Below, piece after piece: positions 61,789 to 64,000 of a stretch of DNA of 64,000 bases. The notes beneath the pieces are model-generated. The model was not told the DNA's origin. It saw only the letters and a list, made by a program, of their open reading frames with translations, and did no database searches. The stretch's first letter is position 1. The number at the start of each line of letters is the position of its first letter. Origin of the DNA: Vicugna vicugna (taxonomy: Eukaryota); the NCBI GenBank assembly GCA_013265495.1, contig MU058054.1, positions 744,001 through 808,000 of the forward strand, read 5' to 3'. Both the position numbers and the translations under genes were made by a program.

Positions 61789-64000
61789 CTAGACCCTGCC
61801 ACTGACTAGCTCAGACTGCCAGGCCAAACTGCTCCATGGAAGAAGAGCTTTGAGTGTATCAGGTTCTCCTGCACCAGGGAAGCGGGGGACCCTTAAAGGG
61901 AAACACGTAAGGCAAATTCCAGGGTGCCTCAGGGGCTCACCAGTTCGCCATGATGGGCCCCCAACGGAGAACCTCCGGCCTGAGCAGAGGTCCCCATGGC
62001 CCCTCGGCCCCGCGCGGGCACCCCCAGCTCCCCTGTCCAGCCCCAGCAGGCCCCGGTGACGTGCGTCTGTCTGATCGAGGGGTGTTTTTTTACAAAGTGC
62101 CGACAGAGTCCACATGCCGTCGGTCCCCAATGTGCTGATATAATTCCCATCTATGGCCTTATTTTGGAAAATCTTACGAGCAGAGCGAGCCATGGAACAA
62201 TTACTGGAAAAAACCGAGGCGCAGCACACGTTTCTTTTCCCCACAGCACTTTGTCTAAATTCGGGCTGGCTGATGACGCAGCCCGCAGGCCAGCTCCCAA
62301 GGGCCTCCGCCGGGCAGAGGCTATCTGCTGAGGCCGGAGGCGCCGGTGCCAGCTGGAGGTGAGAGGCCCGGGCTCCAGGCCCTGCGTTCGGCCACCTCAC
62401 AGGAAGGGATGAAACCTTACTCTCCTTGGCCGAGGCGGCAGGAGGAGGGCGAGACGGTTCTGGGAAGGGGCCGCACCGCCAGTGAGGCTGCTCCACGCTG
62501 CTGCCAGGCGGCAGTGACGGGGTGGGCTGCCCAGGACGGGCTGTGCTGGCCGTATCCCGTGTGGTGACACAGTGCCCCCAGGGAAAGACTTCCGCCAACG
62601 AGGGGCCTCTTCCCGAGCACTTGAAGCTGGCCGGCTGCCTGCTGGGCCAGGTTGAGCCGCTGGCCCGAGGGCACCCTCCTCACTTGGCCTGTCACCCCAG
62701 TGAGGGTCAGCAGGGGCCTGCGCACCCGGCCCTGGGGCGCCTTCCTGACCTGGGTGCTTGAGCTGGGCCCTCTGGGCTGCAGTCTGAGTGTTCAGAGGAC
62801 AAATGGACCTCCCTCTGGCTCTTTTCCATTGGGTCCCTCTTTAAGTATCTCCCCTCCCCTTTCAGCTCGTGTTCCCCTAAATGATTTCAGCCTAGGCTAA
62901 AAGGTGGGCTAAAACGTCCCTCAGGCTGGGCCTTTGGGCCTGGGTTACTCCTAGGCCGTTATCACTGGGTTGTAAGTTCTCCTGAGGACTGACCACTTGG
63001 ACTGCTCAGCTGGTCACTCATCCCGGATGTCAGAGACCCCAAGGTGGGACGTCCCCCGGCACTGCGGGGCAGACACGGGAAACAGCAGCTAAAATACGGT
63101 AAATGAAAGAGGAGGATTTTATGGACCGAAATCCTCTAACGAGAATCTGACTTTCCATAAGTCATGCTCATCTGGATTTCATTATAAACGGTGGCCCAGA
63201 GCCAATATCGAAATGGGTTTGGCCCGGGTGCAGAATGACTGCAAAACAAAATGGATTCCAAACATCTGGAAAAATGAAGAGACCGGGGGGAGTAAGTTGC
63301 AAGGCGCTGGCTCCAGCTGACGTGTGGGTACCCTGCGCTGGCTTGTGGGGCACGGGCTGGGCCCGCAGACCCGCCTCGCGGGAAACTCTGGTCCAGGTGT
63401 GGACAGAAGAGGAACAATTCTCTAAGCCCACACCAGAGAGAGGGGTCTGGGAGATTTCGACAGAGCAGACCAGGGAGACCCCTGACCATGCCCTGTTTAA
63501 ACCAGCTTCTGAAATGCTGAAAAAATACCATTTCTTTTCTGAGCAAGTAAACTGTGTTCCTTTCTGACAACCCAGATCTCCCTTCTCTGCTTCTCAGTTT
63601 TAACATCCTAGATCCTCAGGGTAATCCAGAGCCAGAGAGGAGGGAAGGAACAGTGAGGTGAAGACTTAACTCCTTGGAGGGTCGTCTTAAAATCACCTGC
63701 CCAAAATGAATGAGGAAGATGCCAAGAGGGCAGTTCTAGGCTCAGCTTTTCCACTCATGTGTGACCTCCCGAGGCCTCTGTTCCCTCATCCATATGACGA
63801 GGACGATGCCAGGGTCCCCACCCAGGACTGGGTGAGGGTGAAATGGAACAGGTGTGCGTCCAGCACCGGAGAAACCCTGACACCCTGGATGAGCACCGCT
63901 CAGCTGTTCCTCATTTACTGGCACCCGGGCCCCATCTGATCCCTGGTCCCTCTGCTCTTCGGGGCAAGCGCCAGCCTAGCGCATCTGTGGGGAGCCCCTG

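Noticed and set aside
61789..62598. 269-aa minus-strand ORF in the last SMAD3 intron
   Set aside because: GC-rich, Pro/Ala/Gly/Ser-biased, non-ATG start, no similarity to SMAD3 or any domain I recognise; expected by chance.

Overview
Mammalian genomic DNA, probably from a camelid: five copies of a tRNA-derived SINE resemble the Tylopoda vic-1 family. The window covers the syntenic AAGAB-SMAD3 locus. On the + strand are coding exons 2-10 and the 3' UTR of AAGAB (alpha/gamma-adaptin-binding protein p34); exon 1 lies upstream of the window. All nine exons have canonical AG/GT boundaries and join into one intact frame. On the - strand, converging tail-to-tail, are the last coding exon of SMAD3 (ending in the SSVS phosphorylation motif), its ~4.4 kb 3' UTR and part of the preceding intron. 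The rest is intronic or intergenic and rich in repeats: a near full-length, degenerate antisense LINE-1 in AAGAB intron 5, older L1/L2/MIR fragments, MER20/MER5/MER2 DNA-transposon relics and MaLR/ERVL-type LTRs. Almost all ORFs in the supplied track are spurious or are L1 remnants. I found no convincing novel protein-coding system. The most notable observations are (i) a TSD-flanked L1-derived insertion that joins the ORF1 end directly to the ORF2 tail (half-L1/HAL1-like or spliced L1), (ii) a possible L1 antisense-promoter splice donor pointing at AAGAB exon 6, and (iii) a triple CAG-CAG-CAG tandem splice acceptor at AAGAB exon 7. Gene and repeat identities come from recalled sequences, not from database searches; boundaries of old repeats are approximate.
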